Below, piece after piece: positions 19,343 to 28,167 of a stretch of DNA of 64,000 bases. The translations under genes and the position numbers were made by a program. The DNA lies in the NCBI GenBank assembly GCA_963664705.1, contig OY761556.1, positions 4,544,001 to 4,608,000 on the forward strand, in the 5' to 3' direction. This stretch comes from Acidobacteriota bacterium. Lineage in GTDB: Bacteria > Acidobacteriota > UBA6911. Numbering within the stretch: position 1 is the first letter of the stretch; each line of letters starts with the position of its first letter. The notes beneath the pieces are model-generated. The model saw nothing but the letters and a program-made list of their open reading frames with translations. It was not told the DNA's origin and ran no database searches.

Positions 19343-20041
19343 TCAGATCGCAGAAATGATGGGTGGGCCGCGAGGTATGAGGCGGAAAAGTCGACCCGGA
19401 AGGCTGTCAGCAACCGGACGCTCAGCAAGGATCTCACGCAGGTCCGGGTCGGCAAACAGAGCCGCTGCCTCCGGTTTCTCACAAGCTATCTGGGGAGGAT
19501 TCAGCAGTAATTCTCCATCCAATCCCAGGCGAATATCCTGAACGGTTTCCGACGCGGCGAAGCCGGATTCATCACGGAAGAGGTTTTGATCGGCAGGCTC
19601 GAATTTGCCGTTTCCCCTGCCCAGCCATACGGCTACGGGAGTCGAGCCGATAGGGCTGCGCACAAGAATGTCGCTGATCGCATCGTTATTGACGTCACAG
19701 ACATGGACCGTGACTACATCCACGTGCGTGGGAGGGCGCAGAGTGGTTAGCTCCGAACGAGTGCTGAGTGCGATGACAATCCTGTATCCATTGCCCGCAA
19801 TCCGCGCGGCGATAAAGTCGGGCCGTTGATCGCCGTCAATGTCTTCCGCCACTGCAAGGGTACCGGGCATGAGGCCCGCACCGGCGGCGGCCCGCAGTCG
19901 CAAAAGGTTGGGAGCCTCTGTATCTGTTGCGGATGCTTTCCAGGCGATGGAACAGACAACCAGAAGTGAGAGAACTGCGATTCTCAAAAAAATGGATGTG
20001 CATTTTTTTGAAGTACCTTTGGCAAGGTTAACCAATCGCAT
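19343..20041 (-). CDS. Secreted FG-GAP/VCBS-repeat protein ending in RGPP (candidate arrest peptide)
   Basis: Signal-like N-terminus; DIDGDQRPD, DVNNDAISD, WLGRGNGKF; C-terminus LIPRGPPIISAI; start uncertain. Confidence 0.75.
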   Translation of the reverse strand: MRLVNLAKGTSKKCTSIFLRIAVLSLLVVCSIAWKASATDTEAPNLLRLRAAAGAGLMPGTLAVAEDIDGDQRPDFIAARIAGNGYRIVIALSTRSELTTLRPPTHVDVVTVHVCDVNNDAISDILVRSPIGSTPVAVWLGRGNGKFEPADQNLFRDESGFAASETVQDIRLGLDGELLLNPPQIACEKPEAAALFADPDLREILAERPVADSLPGRLFRLIPRGPPIISAI

Positions 20042-20207
20042 TGCTTTTGATACCTGGATCACACTCAGATGATAGCTGCCCTATCACCGGCAATCAATCA
20101 GGGCCGACAATTCTGTGGGAATTTTAATACATGTGCCCTTGGGGATATTTCATCCGGAGGTCATTGTGTTTCATCCCAGACGCGGATCCCTGTGATATGA
20201 TCCGGAG

Positions 20208-21005
20208 ATGCAAAACATCGTTCTCATTCGTGGATGCGGCGATGTGGGTTCTGCCGTAGCCTGCGTCCTTTTTAGGGCCGGATATGCCGTTTTCATTCAC
20301 GATTCAGCGCAGCCCACCGCCACTCGTCGCGGGATGGCTTTTGCGGATGCGGTTTTTGAAGGGAGCGTTGAAATGGAAGGCATCCAGGGAATCAGAATGG
20401 ATGACCCCGCCATGATCTCCGCTTCGCTGAGAACCAGAGACATCATCCCAGTGACCTCTCAGGATCTGACAAGCCTTCTTGAAAAACTGAAGCCGGATAT
20501 CCTGGTGGATGCCCGCATGAGAAAACACGATCAGCCGGAAACACAGATCGCTCTGGCATCCTTCACCATTGGGCTAGGGCCCAACTTCACTGCAGGAAAG
20601 ACAGTCCACGCTGCTGTAGAAACAGGGTGGAACGAGGAACTCGGAAAGGTAATCTGGCAGGGCACGACTCGTCCGCTGGAAGGCGAGCCGCAAACCATTG
20701 GAGGCCACGCCCGGGACCGTTATGTCTACGCCCCCGTTGGAGGCATTTTCCGAACTGCTCTGCGCATAGGAGACGAGGTCACTGCAGGCCAGGAGATTGC
20801 AAGAATCGGAGACGCCGTCCTCTCCGCTCCGATAGACGGAATGCTGCGCGGCCTGACGCACGATGGTGTGCCGGTTAAGATAAAAACAAAGGTGATCGAG
20901 GTCGATCCGCGAGGCCGCGAGGCTCCGATTACCGGAATTGCAAAGCGTCCCGGAAAAATAGCCGCGGGTGTCCTGGAAGCCCTGAACGAACGACACAGAA
21001 GGTGA
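20208..21005 (+). CDS. yqeB: YqeB-like accessory protein of selenium-dependent molybdenum hydroxylases
   Basis: RGCGDVGS, RRGMAF..AV, VDARMRK, IGLGPNF, G.LRGL..G..V, EVDPR. Confidence 0.8.
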   Translation: MQNIVLIRGCGDVGSAVACVLFRAGYAVFIHDSAQPTATRRGMAFADAVFEGSVEMEGIQGIRMDDPAMISASLRTRDIIPVTSQDLTSLLEKLKPDILVDARMRKHDQPETQIALASFTIGLGPNFTAGKTVHAAVETGWNEELGKVIWQGTTRPLEGEPQTIGGHARDRYVYAPVGGIFRTALRIGDEVTAGQEIARIGDAVLSAPIDGMLRGLTHDGVPVKIKTKVIEVDPRGREAPITGIAKRPGKIAAGVLEALNERHRR

Positions 21006-21041
21006 TTTCCGCACTTTTCAGAATGAAGGAGAATCGCATCG

Positions 21042-21929
21042 ATGAAGCAACGAGCCGGATTCATTTGCGTCATTGTGTTGGCAGCCAGCGTCATCGCGGT
21101 TGCTATTGCCCAGGATAAAGAAGCATCCAAGCCTGATGGCCCACAAGACTGTATTGCCTGTCATCAGTCGGGAGGCAATTTCGTACGGAATTATCAGATG
21201 TGGCAAAAGTCCGGACACAGCAAAGCGCTAAGCCTGCTCGCCAAAGCACCGCAGGCATCTCCCGACTGCTATAGCTGCCACTCGGATGAAGGGTTCAAGG
21301 CCAAGAGACTCGGCAAGAAAGTGGATGTTGCTCAGAAGGACAGCTTCAACACAATTACTTGTGTGACCTGCCATCATCTCCCTCACGACAGCAAGTATCC
21401 CCGACAACTGGTGGATGATCCGGAAACGCTCTGTACATCCTGCCATACGCAGAGGGCGGTGTTGCAGGGAAAAGGCGGCAAGGGGATGGACGAGTTTCGC
21501 AGTTTTCATTCAGCGGTCGATTGCATCAGCTGCCACATGAGTGAAACGAATCACCTGATGAAGGTTATCCGCCCCGACGACCCCGATGTATCCGACAAAC
21601 GAAATGACACCTGTACAACGTGTCACAAGGACAACAACCGCAAGGCGCGCCTCGCGCAGCTGCAGGGATGGCAGAAATCCTATAAGGAAGGCATGGATCC
21701 TCTCCAGGCAGACCTGACGGCAATAAGCGCGGCACTCAAGACGAACCCGTCTCTTCTTGACGAGGCGGCAAAGGCGAAGCTGAGTGATGTGCGCTTCAAC
21801 CTGTCGATCCTGGTGAGAGACGGCTCTCAGGGTGCCCACAATATTGATTTGACGGCGGAGATTCTGTCGCGGTCAGCCAAGGATTTGAAGGAAATCAAAG
21901 CAGCAGCGGGATTGGACAAAGGCAAATAG
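21042..21929 (+). CDS. Secreted hexaheme cytochrome c
   Basis: Signal peptide; six CxxCH motifs; C-terminal helical region with DGSQGAHN. Confidence 0.92.
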   Translation: MKQRAGFICVIVLAASVIAVAIAQDKEASKPDGPQDCIACHQSGGNFVRNYQMWQKSGHSKALSLLAKAPQASPDCYSCHSDEGFKAKRLGKKVDVAQKDSFNTITCVTCHHLPHDSKYPRQLVDDPETLCTSCHTQRAVLQGKGGKGMDEFRSFHSAVDCISCHMSETNHLMKVIRPDDPDVSDKRNDTCTTCHKDNNRKARLAQLQGWQKSYKEGMDPLQADLTAISAALKTNPSLLDEAAKAKLSDVRFNLSILVRDGSQGAHNIDLTAEILSRSAKDLKEIKAAAGLDKGK

Positions 21930-21991
21930 TCTCCGTGTAGCGGCTGCAAGGTGCAGATGACCTTGCGGCCGCTACTGCGGAAAAGCCTGGG

Positions 21992-22222
21992 CTATGCCGA
22001 CTTCACCCACGAGGCAATCACAAACAGCAGCACAATAACCACCAGTGCCCAGATCAAGACTCGGACAAGCCAGCGGTCCGCCTGAGCTGCAACCTGCTTG
22101 AAACCTTCTTTTGCGGGTTGGCCCGGAGGTATCGCGCCGGCCCCCTGCAAAATATCCTTCGTACCATCGAGGCATCCCACTCCCGGATCATGATATCGGC
22201 CACAGATAGCGCAAAATGCCAT
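21992..22222 (-). CDS. Small membrane protein with N-terminal CxxC..H..C
   Basis: MAFCAICGRYHDPGVGC; one C-terminal TM; AAGG RBS. Confidence 0.6.
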   Translation of the reverse strand: MAFCAICGRYHDPGVGCLDGTKDILQGAGAIPPGQPAKEGFKQVAAQADRWLVRVLIWALVVIVLLFVIASWVKSA

Positions 22223-22353
22223 AGTCGCCTTTCCCCGCGTACCCATGCAGAAGCAGTTCGAAAGAAATTGTAAAATTCAAAGCCGGCCATCAAGGAATCT
22301 GATACCGTGTATACTACACCTTCGCGGGCTCAACAGGGAGCATACAAAAGGCC

Positions 22354-23610
22354 ATGGATTCGAGGATAAGGGAGATTGATTCCGGCGACGGATACATAGG
22401 ATTTCAGGATGCCTTCAACATGGTTTGTGCCAGCATCCAGCCGCTTGGCAGTGAGGAAATTCCGTTGGAATCGAGCCTGCATCGCGTGGCCGCCGAGGAT
22501 AGTATCGCCTTGGTGGATTGTCCATTGACGGATATATCGCTCAAAGACGGTTTCGCCGTCATTTCAGCGGATATAGCAAGGGCTTCCAGCGAAAAGCCGG
22601 TACTGCTCCAGGTGATCGGGGCTGCATACGCAGGGACCGAATTCACGGGCAATGTGAAACCGGGACAAGCCGTAAAAGTCTGTTCGGGAGCTCCAATTCC
22701 GGCGGGAGCCGATGCCGTCATCGCCTCTGAGTTTTGCGAGGAAATATCCGGGCAAGGGCTGCATGTCTGCGCGGATTCATCCGAAGGCAGGAATATTCTT
22801 CGGTCAGGCGAAGAGGTAGAAAAGGGAAGCGTCATTTTCCACACCGGAGACTACATTTCCCCGGGACTGACAGGGCTTGGAGCCGCGGGAGGAATTACTG
22901 CAGTCCGGATCTGCCGTCGCCCCAAGGTTGCAATCATTGCCATTGGCGATGAAATAGCCGCACCGGGAGCGGCTCTTGCCCGCGGACAGGTATATGCCAG
23001 CAATCTCGTGATGCTGAAGTCCTGGCTCCGCTCATTTGGAATTGAGTGCGAAACCTCCCTCGTACGGGACAATGCGCGCGCCATCAGGACAGAACTCGAG
23101 AGAAAGCGCACCAGCGCCGATGTCATCCTCACAAGCGGAGGCGCATGGGGAAGCGAACGAGATCTCATCGTCGGTATACTCGCCGAACTGGATTGGAATG
23201 AAATTTTTCATCACGTTCGTATGGGACCGGGAAAAGGAGTCTCCTTCGGACTATGGGATCGCAGGCCCATCTTCTGCCTGCCGGGAGGGCCTGCCAGCAA
23301 TGAGATGGCCTTTCTTCAGCTGGCACTGCCGGGAATTTTGCGGATGGCTGGAATCGCCCGGCATCCGCTTCCCTCGGTCCCAGCCGTCCTTGCGGAGGAT
23401 ATCAGAGGCAGAAATATTCGCTGGACGGAATTCAAAGGGGCCATGGTATCGAGAAGCCCTGGCGAAGGCTATGTGGTTGGCGTCTTCAAAGGCCGCAGCC
23501 GGCTTCATTCCATCGCGGGCCTCAACGCACTGCTCTGCATCCCGGAAGGCAAAAACGTTCTGCTGCGCGGGGAGCGCGTCTCCGCCCAGATTCTTACGCC
23601 GCTGCCGTGA
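22354..23610 (+). CDS. moeA: Molybdopterin molybdenumtransferase MoeA
   Basis: SLKDGFAV, GAPIPAGADAV, GDEI, TSGG, GPGK, LPGGP. Confidence 0.9.
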   Translation: MDSRIREIDSGDGYIGFQDAFNMVCASIQPLGSEEIPLESSLHRVAAEDSIALVDCPLTDISLKDGFAVISADIARASSEKPVLLQVIGAAYAGTEFTGNVKPGQAVKVCSGAPIPAGADAVIASEFCEEISGQGLHVCADSSEGRNILRSGEEVEKGSVIFHTGDYISPGLTGLGAAGGITAVRICRRPKVAIIAIGDEIAAPGAALARGQVYASNLVMLKSWLRSFGIECETSLVRDNARAIRTELERKRTSADVILTSGGAWGSERDLIVGILAELDWNEIFHHVRMGPGKGVSFGLWDRRPIFCLPGGPASNEMAFLQLALPGILRMAGIARHPLPSVPAVLAEDIRGRNIRWTEFKGAMVSRSPGEGYVVGVFKGRSRLHSIAGLNALLCIPEGKNVLLRGERVSAQILTPLP

Positions 23611-23677
23611 GCCGGTCCCCGATTCAAGTGTGCTATCATTCCTCCATTCGACAAAGCGATCCTTCTTGAGGAACCTG

Positions 23678-24610
23678 ATGAAAAATATCCTGTGTTTCTG
23701 TCTTCTGTGGTCCATTTTCCTTTCAGGCTGCGCCAAAACCAAAACCGAACCTCCGGCGAGCCCGATGCAACTGGACAAAGGTGCGGCGGAGCGGGTGAAT
23801 AAGGAAATTGAAAAAGACCGCGCTGAGACGCAGGAATGGCTGAAGAGCAACATCCATTCTTACCTGGCAGCCATAGATCGCGTGAATTTTGGGGAAAAGA
23901 CCACGCTGACAGTTGGACGTGCCGATGATAACGATCTGCAGTTGCGCTCCTCCGATATTATGCCGCACCACCTCCGAATCACCGTGGTGGGAGATCAATT
24001 CAGGGTTGAGTGTGTCGATGGCAAGGCAACATTCAAGGTTAAGGATGAGGCAAAGCATGAGGCGATTCTTCCTCCCTCCTACATTGAAGCAGGTCGCTTT
24101 TCACTTCGGCTTTCACATCAAAACTACCCGGCGCTGATCGCCTTTGATCCACAAAGCCCGGGATTTCGGACATTCAAAGGCATTGCCTATTTCCCAATAG
24201 ACCTGTCCCGCCGTTACGAAGTGCAGTTGCACCGCTATCCAAAGCCGGAGCAGACCATCATCTTGTCTACTCGTGGAAATGAACGGAAAGCCGAACGTGT
24301 GGGCTGGATTGAATTTATGGTGGACAATACTCCCTGCCGGCTGGAGGCAACCCATCTGATCGAACCGGGATCGACTGAAGGTACCGTGGATATCTTCTTC
24401 CGGGACATCACTACCGGAAAGGAAAGCTACCCGGTCGGCCGGTATGTGGATCTGAAAAAACTGGATAACGGGAAATATCTGCTGGATTTCAATATGGCCT
24501 ACAATCCCGCCTGCGCATTTTCCGAATACTACAACTGCCCGATACCGCCAAAAACAAACACATTGAAAGTAGCGATTCGCGCAGGCGAGATGGATAGCCA
24601 TTATCATTAG
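23678..24610 (+). CDS. DUF1684 family lipoprotein
   Basis: Lipobox LSGC; FRD.TTGKESY..GRY, LDFN.AYNPACAF..YNCPIPP..N. Confidence 0.9.
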   Translation: MKNILCFCLLWSIFLSGCAKTKTEPPASPMQLDKGAAERVNKEIEKDRAETQEWLKSNIHSYLAAIDRVNFGEKTTLTVGRADDNDLQLRSSDIMPHHLRITVVGDQFRVECVDGKATFKVKDEAKHEAILPPSYIEAGRFSLRLSHQNYPALIAFDPQSPGFRTFKGIAYFPIDLSRRYEVQLHRYPKPEQTIILSTRGNERKAERVGWIEFMVDNTPCRLEATHLIEPGSTEGTVDIFFRDITTGKESYPVGRYVDLKKLDNGKYLLDFNMAYNPACAFSEYYNCPIPPKTNTLKVAIRAGEMDSHYH

Positions 24611-24637
24611 TGTGGAAAACGAGTGCTGCCCGCGCTC

Positions 24638-25222
24638 CTAGCCATGAAATGCCGCGGTCGATAGCCGGCGGGCATAGTCACGAACATCCGAAGGCCATGC
24701 GTCTGTGCACCTTTCAAAGCCTTCCGCACTGCCGGCAAATAGCGCTCTTGTTGCTTCTTCAAATCCGGGCAGGTTGCCGGCAAGGGCAGACATAACCCGG
24801 TAGGCAACCTCCTGAGCGCGACGAATCTTGTCCCGTCCCCGATACAGTCGACGCGCCTCTTCCACGAGCCTACGAAGAGCCACGGACGCACCTCCCGGTT
24901 GAGCATTGAGCCAATCCCAATGGCGAGGCAATAGAGAGACTTCCCTTGAAACAACGCCCAGTTTCGGCCGCCCGGGTCCCCGTGGCGGTTCCTCGCTCCG
25001 GACCTCGGCATCAATCGATTCCGATCCCAACCTTTGCAGCACATCTCTGGCCGTTCCACGAAAATCAATCTCAACCAGTTCTCCGGTGAAATCGTCAAAG
25101 ATCAGGACCGTTTCGCTGGCCCCTCCATCCATTGCCTTTTTTACTTTCCTGGCTACGTCGGCAAGATTGCCCGATGCAACGCAGTGTATGCCTTCAAATG
25201 CCGTACAAGTCTTTGCGTTCAT
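24638..25222 (-). CDS. DUF2239 family protein
   Basis: RGPGRPKLGVVSREVSLLPRHWDWL..QPGGAS, AGNLPGFEEATRALFA. Confidence 0.92.
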   Translation of the reverse strand: MNAKTCTAFEGIHCVASGNLADVARKVKKAMDGGASETVLIFDDFTGELVEIDFRGTARDVLQRLGSESIDAEVRSEEPPRGPGRPKLGVVSREVSLLPRHWDWLNAQPGGASVALRRLVEEARRLYRGRDKIRRAQEVAYRVMSALAGNLPGFEEATRALFAGSAEGFERCTDAWPSDVRDYARRLSTAAFHG

Positions 25223-25241
25223 GCGTCCCCTTTCGCCCTCC

Positions 25242-25290
25242 ATTTTACCCGGGTATTATTATATTGTCAATAATACCCGGGTATTATTAT
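25242..25290 (-). promoter_or_regulatory. Sigma70 promoter overlapped by two TACCCGGGTA palindromes
   Basis: Minus strand TTGACA(25270-25265)-17 bp-TAAAAT(25247-25242); palindromes at 25246-25255 and 25274-25283. Confidence 0.85.
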
Positions 25291-25491
25291 TGCCAGACGG
25301 GCGCGGCCTGTTCTTTTTGTTTACGGGTATTTTTTGCTTGTATCCGCTTCAGCGGGGAATCATATTGGTCCCACAGTTGATTCCTCATTTGTTTTTCATT
25401 GTCTTATCCGGTGGTGGCTTCTGCTCCGATGAGCAGCCCACTCCAGTGCACAACATGCAAGTTTCTATTCGCAGGAACGGGGAGTAATCCA

Positions 25492-25935
25492 ATGGAAACA
25501 ACACAGGCATCGAGGTTCACAAAGTATGTCAGAAAGGGCGTTGTAACAACGCCGACCCCGCACCCGGAGGTAAGCGCTCCGCGTCTCGGGTTAAAGAGCG
25601 GGGGTGATTTTGGCAATCCACAGTTTTCAATGAGCTGGTGGGCCATAACGGAACCATTTGTAATGGTGGAGGATTGCCATAAGCATGACTTCGATCAATT
25701 CATCATCTTCGCGGGGGGTGATATCACCAACATGCCCGATATCGGCGGAGTTGTTGAATTCGGTTTGAGCGAAGATGGGGTGAACATTGAGACGCAGGTG
25801 ATCACGGAAGCGACCATGATATTTATTCCGGCAGGTCTATATCATGGTCCGCTGAATTTTAAACAAATCAATGATCCTAATAAGCCGATCCTATTTCACG
25901 ATCTGTTCTTCTCTCCGGAGTATAAGCGGACATAA
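25492..25935 (+). CDS. Cupin-like hypothetical protein
   Basis: HKHDFDQ and IPAGLYHGPL cupin-type His motifs. Confidence 0.7.
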   Translation: METTQASRFTKYVRKGVVTTPTPHPEVSAPRLGLKSGGDFGNPQFSMSWWAITEPFVMVEDCHKHDFDQFIIFAGGDITNMPDIGGVVEFGLSEDGVNIETQVITEATMIFIPAGLYHGPLNFKQINDPNKPILFHDLFFSPEYKRT

Positions 25936-25941
25936 GGTATG

Positions 25942-25977
25942 CGGAGAACACGGGAACATCCGTGTTCTCCGTTTTTC
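25942..25977 (+). terminator. Intrinsic terminator between convergent genes
   Basis: CGGAGAACACGG-gaacat-CCGTGTTCTCCG followed by TTTTT. Confidence 0.8.
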
Positions 25978-25983
25978 GGCGGA

Positions 25984-27054
25984 TCAATATTTCTCGAACA
26001 GTTCAACAAAAGCCCCTACATCCGGGTCGCGGACCACGAGGGCACGCGCGCCATCCTTCTTCCGCACGATACCTTCGGCCGGCCATATATTTGCGCCTTC
26101 GGCTTTCAAACGCGCATACAGTGCATCGATTCCCTTCACTTCCAGCCCTATGCTGCTGACGGCAATATCGGAAATACGATAGTCCTCCACATCCGGCCGC
26201 GTCGGTTTCTGATACTCCACCAGCTCAAACCTCATTTCAGCCGCCGGAGCCGCCGCTTCCGGATAATCTCCATTGATCAGGCGAATGAAGAATCCATGTC
26301 CGCCCACAGCCGCGTCATACAAGTCGCCGCCAACCCAGTCCGGCAGCTTGGCCGGGAACTTGGCGCCAAGCAGCCCGCTATAAAACCCCATCGATTTGGC
26401 CGAATTCAGCACGGCCAGCCCGACATGATGGAAGCTTGGCTTATCCGGAGGAGATTTCTGTTCGCCGGCCGCCTGAGGCAATTTGATCCCGATGATCTCA
26501 ATGTTAAATCCGTCGGGATCCATCACGTACGCAATACCACCCGAGGATTGCCCCGGCATGCGAACCAGTTTTGACTCCCATGAGAGCGCCCGCAACAAGC
26601 CCGAGGATTTCATCTGAGCCCAGAGCGCATCGGCATCAGGTACAACCATTCCGAAATGAGCGGACGAAGGGTTCCGGGCCGGGAAATCGGCCCGGCTGTG
26701 CCGGTCGAAGTCTTTGTACTCCCGCAGCAGAAGCATGAACGGCTTTCCAGACGACCCGCTGGGCAGACTTAGCGCAGCAGTACGGCACATCGCGCCCGGA
26801 GTTTTATAGAGCCGGTTGGCAGCATCATCCTTAACCCAAGGTGGATTGGCCTCTCCAACTACGGAAAATCCAAGCGCCTTATAATAATTGATGGATCTTT
26901 CGAGGTTCGCAACACTGACGCTCTGAAATGCGATGCCGACAATCTTCCCCGGCTGCTCCGATTGGGCAAAAGCAATTCCCAGACACGCGCCGCAAAAGGA
27001 AATCAGGGCCGTTGCCGCAAATAGTCCTGCTGGGTTCGATAGAATATTTTTCAT
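25984..27054 (-). CDS. Secreted two-domain VOC/glyoxalase family protein
   Basis: Signal peptide; DPDGFNIE, FHHVGLAV, VRDPD...VEL. Confidence 0.82.
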   Translation of the reverse strand: MKNILSNPAGLFAATALISFCGACLGIAFAQSEQPGKIVGIAFQSVSVANLERSINYYKALGFSVVGEANPPWVKDDAANRLYKTPGAMCRTAALSLPSGSSGKPFMLLLREYKDFDRHSRADFPARNPSSAHFGMVVPDADALWAQMKSSGLLRALSWESKLVRMPGQSSGGIAYVMDPDGFNIEIIGIKLPQAAGEQKSPPDKPSFHHVGLAVLNSAKSMGFYSGLLGAKFPAKLPDWVGGDLYDAAVGGHGFFIRLINGDYPEAAAPAAEMRFELVEYQKPTRPDVEDYRISDIAVSSIGLEVKGIDALYARLKAEGANIWPAEGIVRKKDGARALVVRDPDVGAFVELFEKY

Positions 27055-27228
27055 CCAAGCCTCCCCCCCGCTGATCCAAAGAGATGATTTGCGCTGGGAC
27101 TAGACTTGCGCAATCACTTCTGTTTATCAACTCAATTCTGGGACAGCCTTGAGCATTCAATTCACTCGGTTTGGGCAAAATTATCCGATCTGCAGACAGA
27201 TTGGAATTTCCGCGAAGTCCTCGACTGC

Positions 27229-27696
27229 CTACCTCTGCGCAAACAAAGCCGCAAGATTGTGAAGAGTCTTCTCAACAGCCGGAGAAAGAGGAGCCATTTC
27301 CGTGTTGTTGCGGATAGAGATGCCGAGGAAATCGACCCGGAGGCCCGGCACTTCCTGTCGCCAGTAAGCGATCAACAGGGAAAGTGGGATGGAATGCGTG
27401 GAGTGGCACATGGAATCCAGTTGATCGGACGGGTACAATGCCCAATCCCCTTCGGGCAGGAATTCATCAAAAACGGCATCTACCAGGAGAACTCTCCCGC
27501 CGGCGGATTCCCGGACCCAGCTCATAGCATTCTCGACGGCAACGCCAACGGCATGGGCCTGGAAGCCGTCGCCATTGAGTGGCTCAAGAGCCGCCGCCAA
27601 CAGGTGCCCGATGGCATCATCGCCTCGCAACGGATTTCCCATGCCGAGCACCAATAAGGGACGCGTTTGAACGATTGCGGAGAGGTCTTGTTGCAT
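27229..27696 (-). CDS. Hydrogenase maturation protease (HycI-like)
   Basis: LGMGNPLRGDDAIG, LLVDAV, STH.IPL. Confidence 0.92.
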   Translation of the reverse strand: MQQDLSAIVQTRPLLVLGMGNPLRGDDAIGHLLAAALEPLNGDGFQAHAVGVAVENAMSWVRESAGGRVLLVDAVFDEFLPEGDWALYPSDQLDSMCHSTHSIPLSLLIAYWRQEVPGLRVDFLGISIRNNTEMAPLSPAVEKTLHNLAALFAQR

Positions 27697-27774
27697 CTTG
27701 AGGAGAGAGATTGGGGTCTTTGAGCTTTCGAGGCCGGTTACAAGGGACCTCGAAGACTCAAAGACCCGGAGGTT

Positions 27775-28167
27775 TTATTCGGAAACCAGCCGAAGAGCAT
27801 CGCGTGTGAAATTCGCGACTTCGAATTCCTCGTCGAGGTAGATGGCATCCTTGGGACATACCTCGGCACAGCGTGCACAATGAATACAGCGATCCAGATA
27901 GAGAATCATCTGGAACTTTTTCACAGGCTTCTTTCCTTCTTCCGGAGGGGGGTCGGAAGGACTTGGCGGTTTCAGGACAATTTCGATCGCTTCCGAGGTA
28001 CAGTCACGCACGCAGGCCTTGCAGCCAAGGCAGATACCCGGCCTCAGTTGCGGGGTACCGCGGAATCCCTTCGGGACTTTGATCTTTGAGAAAGGATAGT
28101 CGCGTGTCGCCGGTGTATGGCCCAAGTTGCCTAGAAGCTCCGGAATAAATACGCCTGTCCTGGACAT
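27775..28167 (-). CDS. Group 4 hydrogenase 2x[4Fe-4S] subunit (NuoI-like)
   Basis: CLGCKACVRDC, CIHCARCAEVCP. Confidence 0.92.
   Translation of the reverse strand: MSRTGVFIPELLGNLGHTPATRDYPFSKIKVPKGFRGTPQLRPGICLGCKACVRDCTSEAIEIVLKPPSPSDPPPEEGKKPVKKFQMILYLDRCIHCARCAEVCPKDAIYLDEEFEVANFTRDALRLVSE

Noticed and set aside
23036-23677. N-terminal extension of the 524-aa ORF
   Set aside because: Overlaps moeA in another frame; a lipoprotein signal and GAGG RBS place the real start at 23678.
27090-27228. Possible decayed GxxExxY-like gene fragment (LKAVPEL on the minus strand)
   Set aside because: Too short and interrupted by stops to support.
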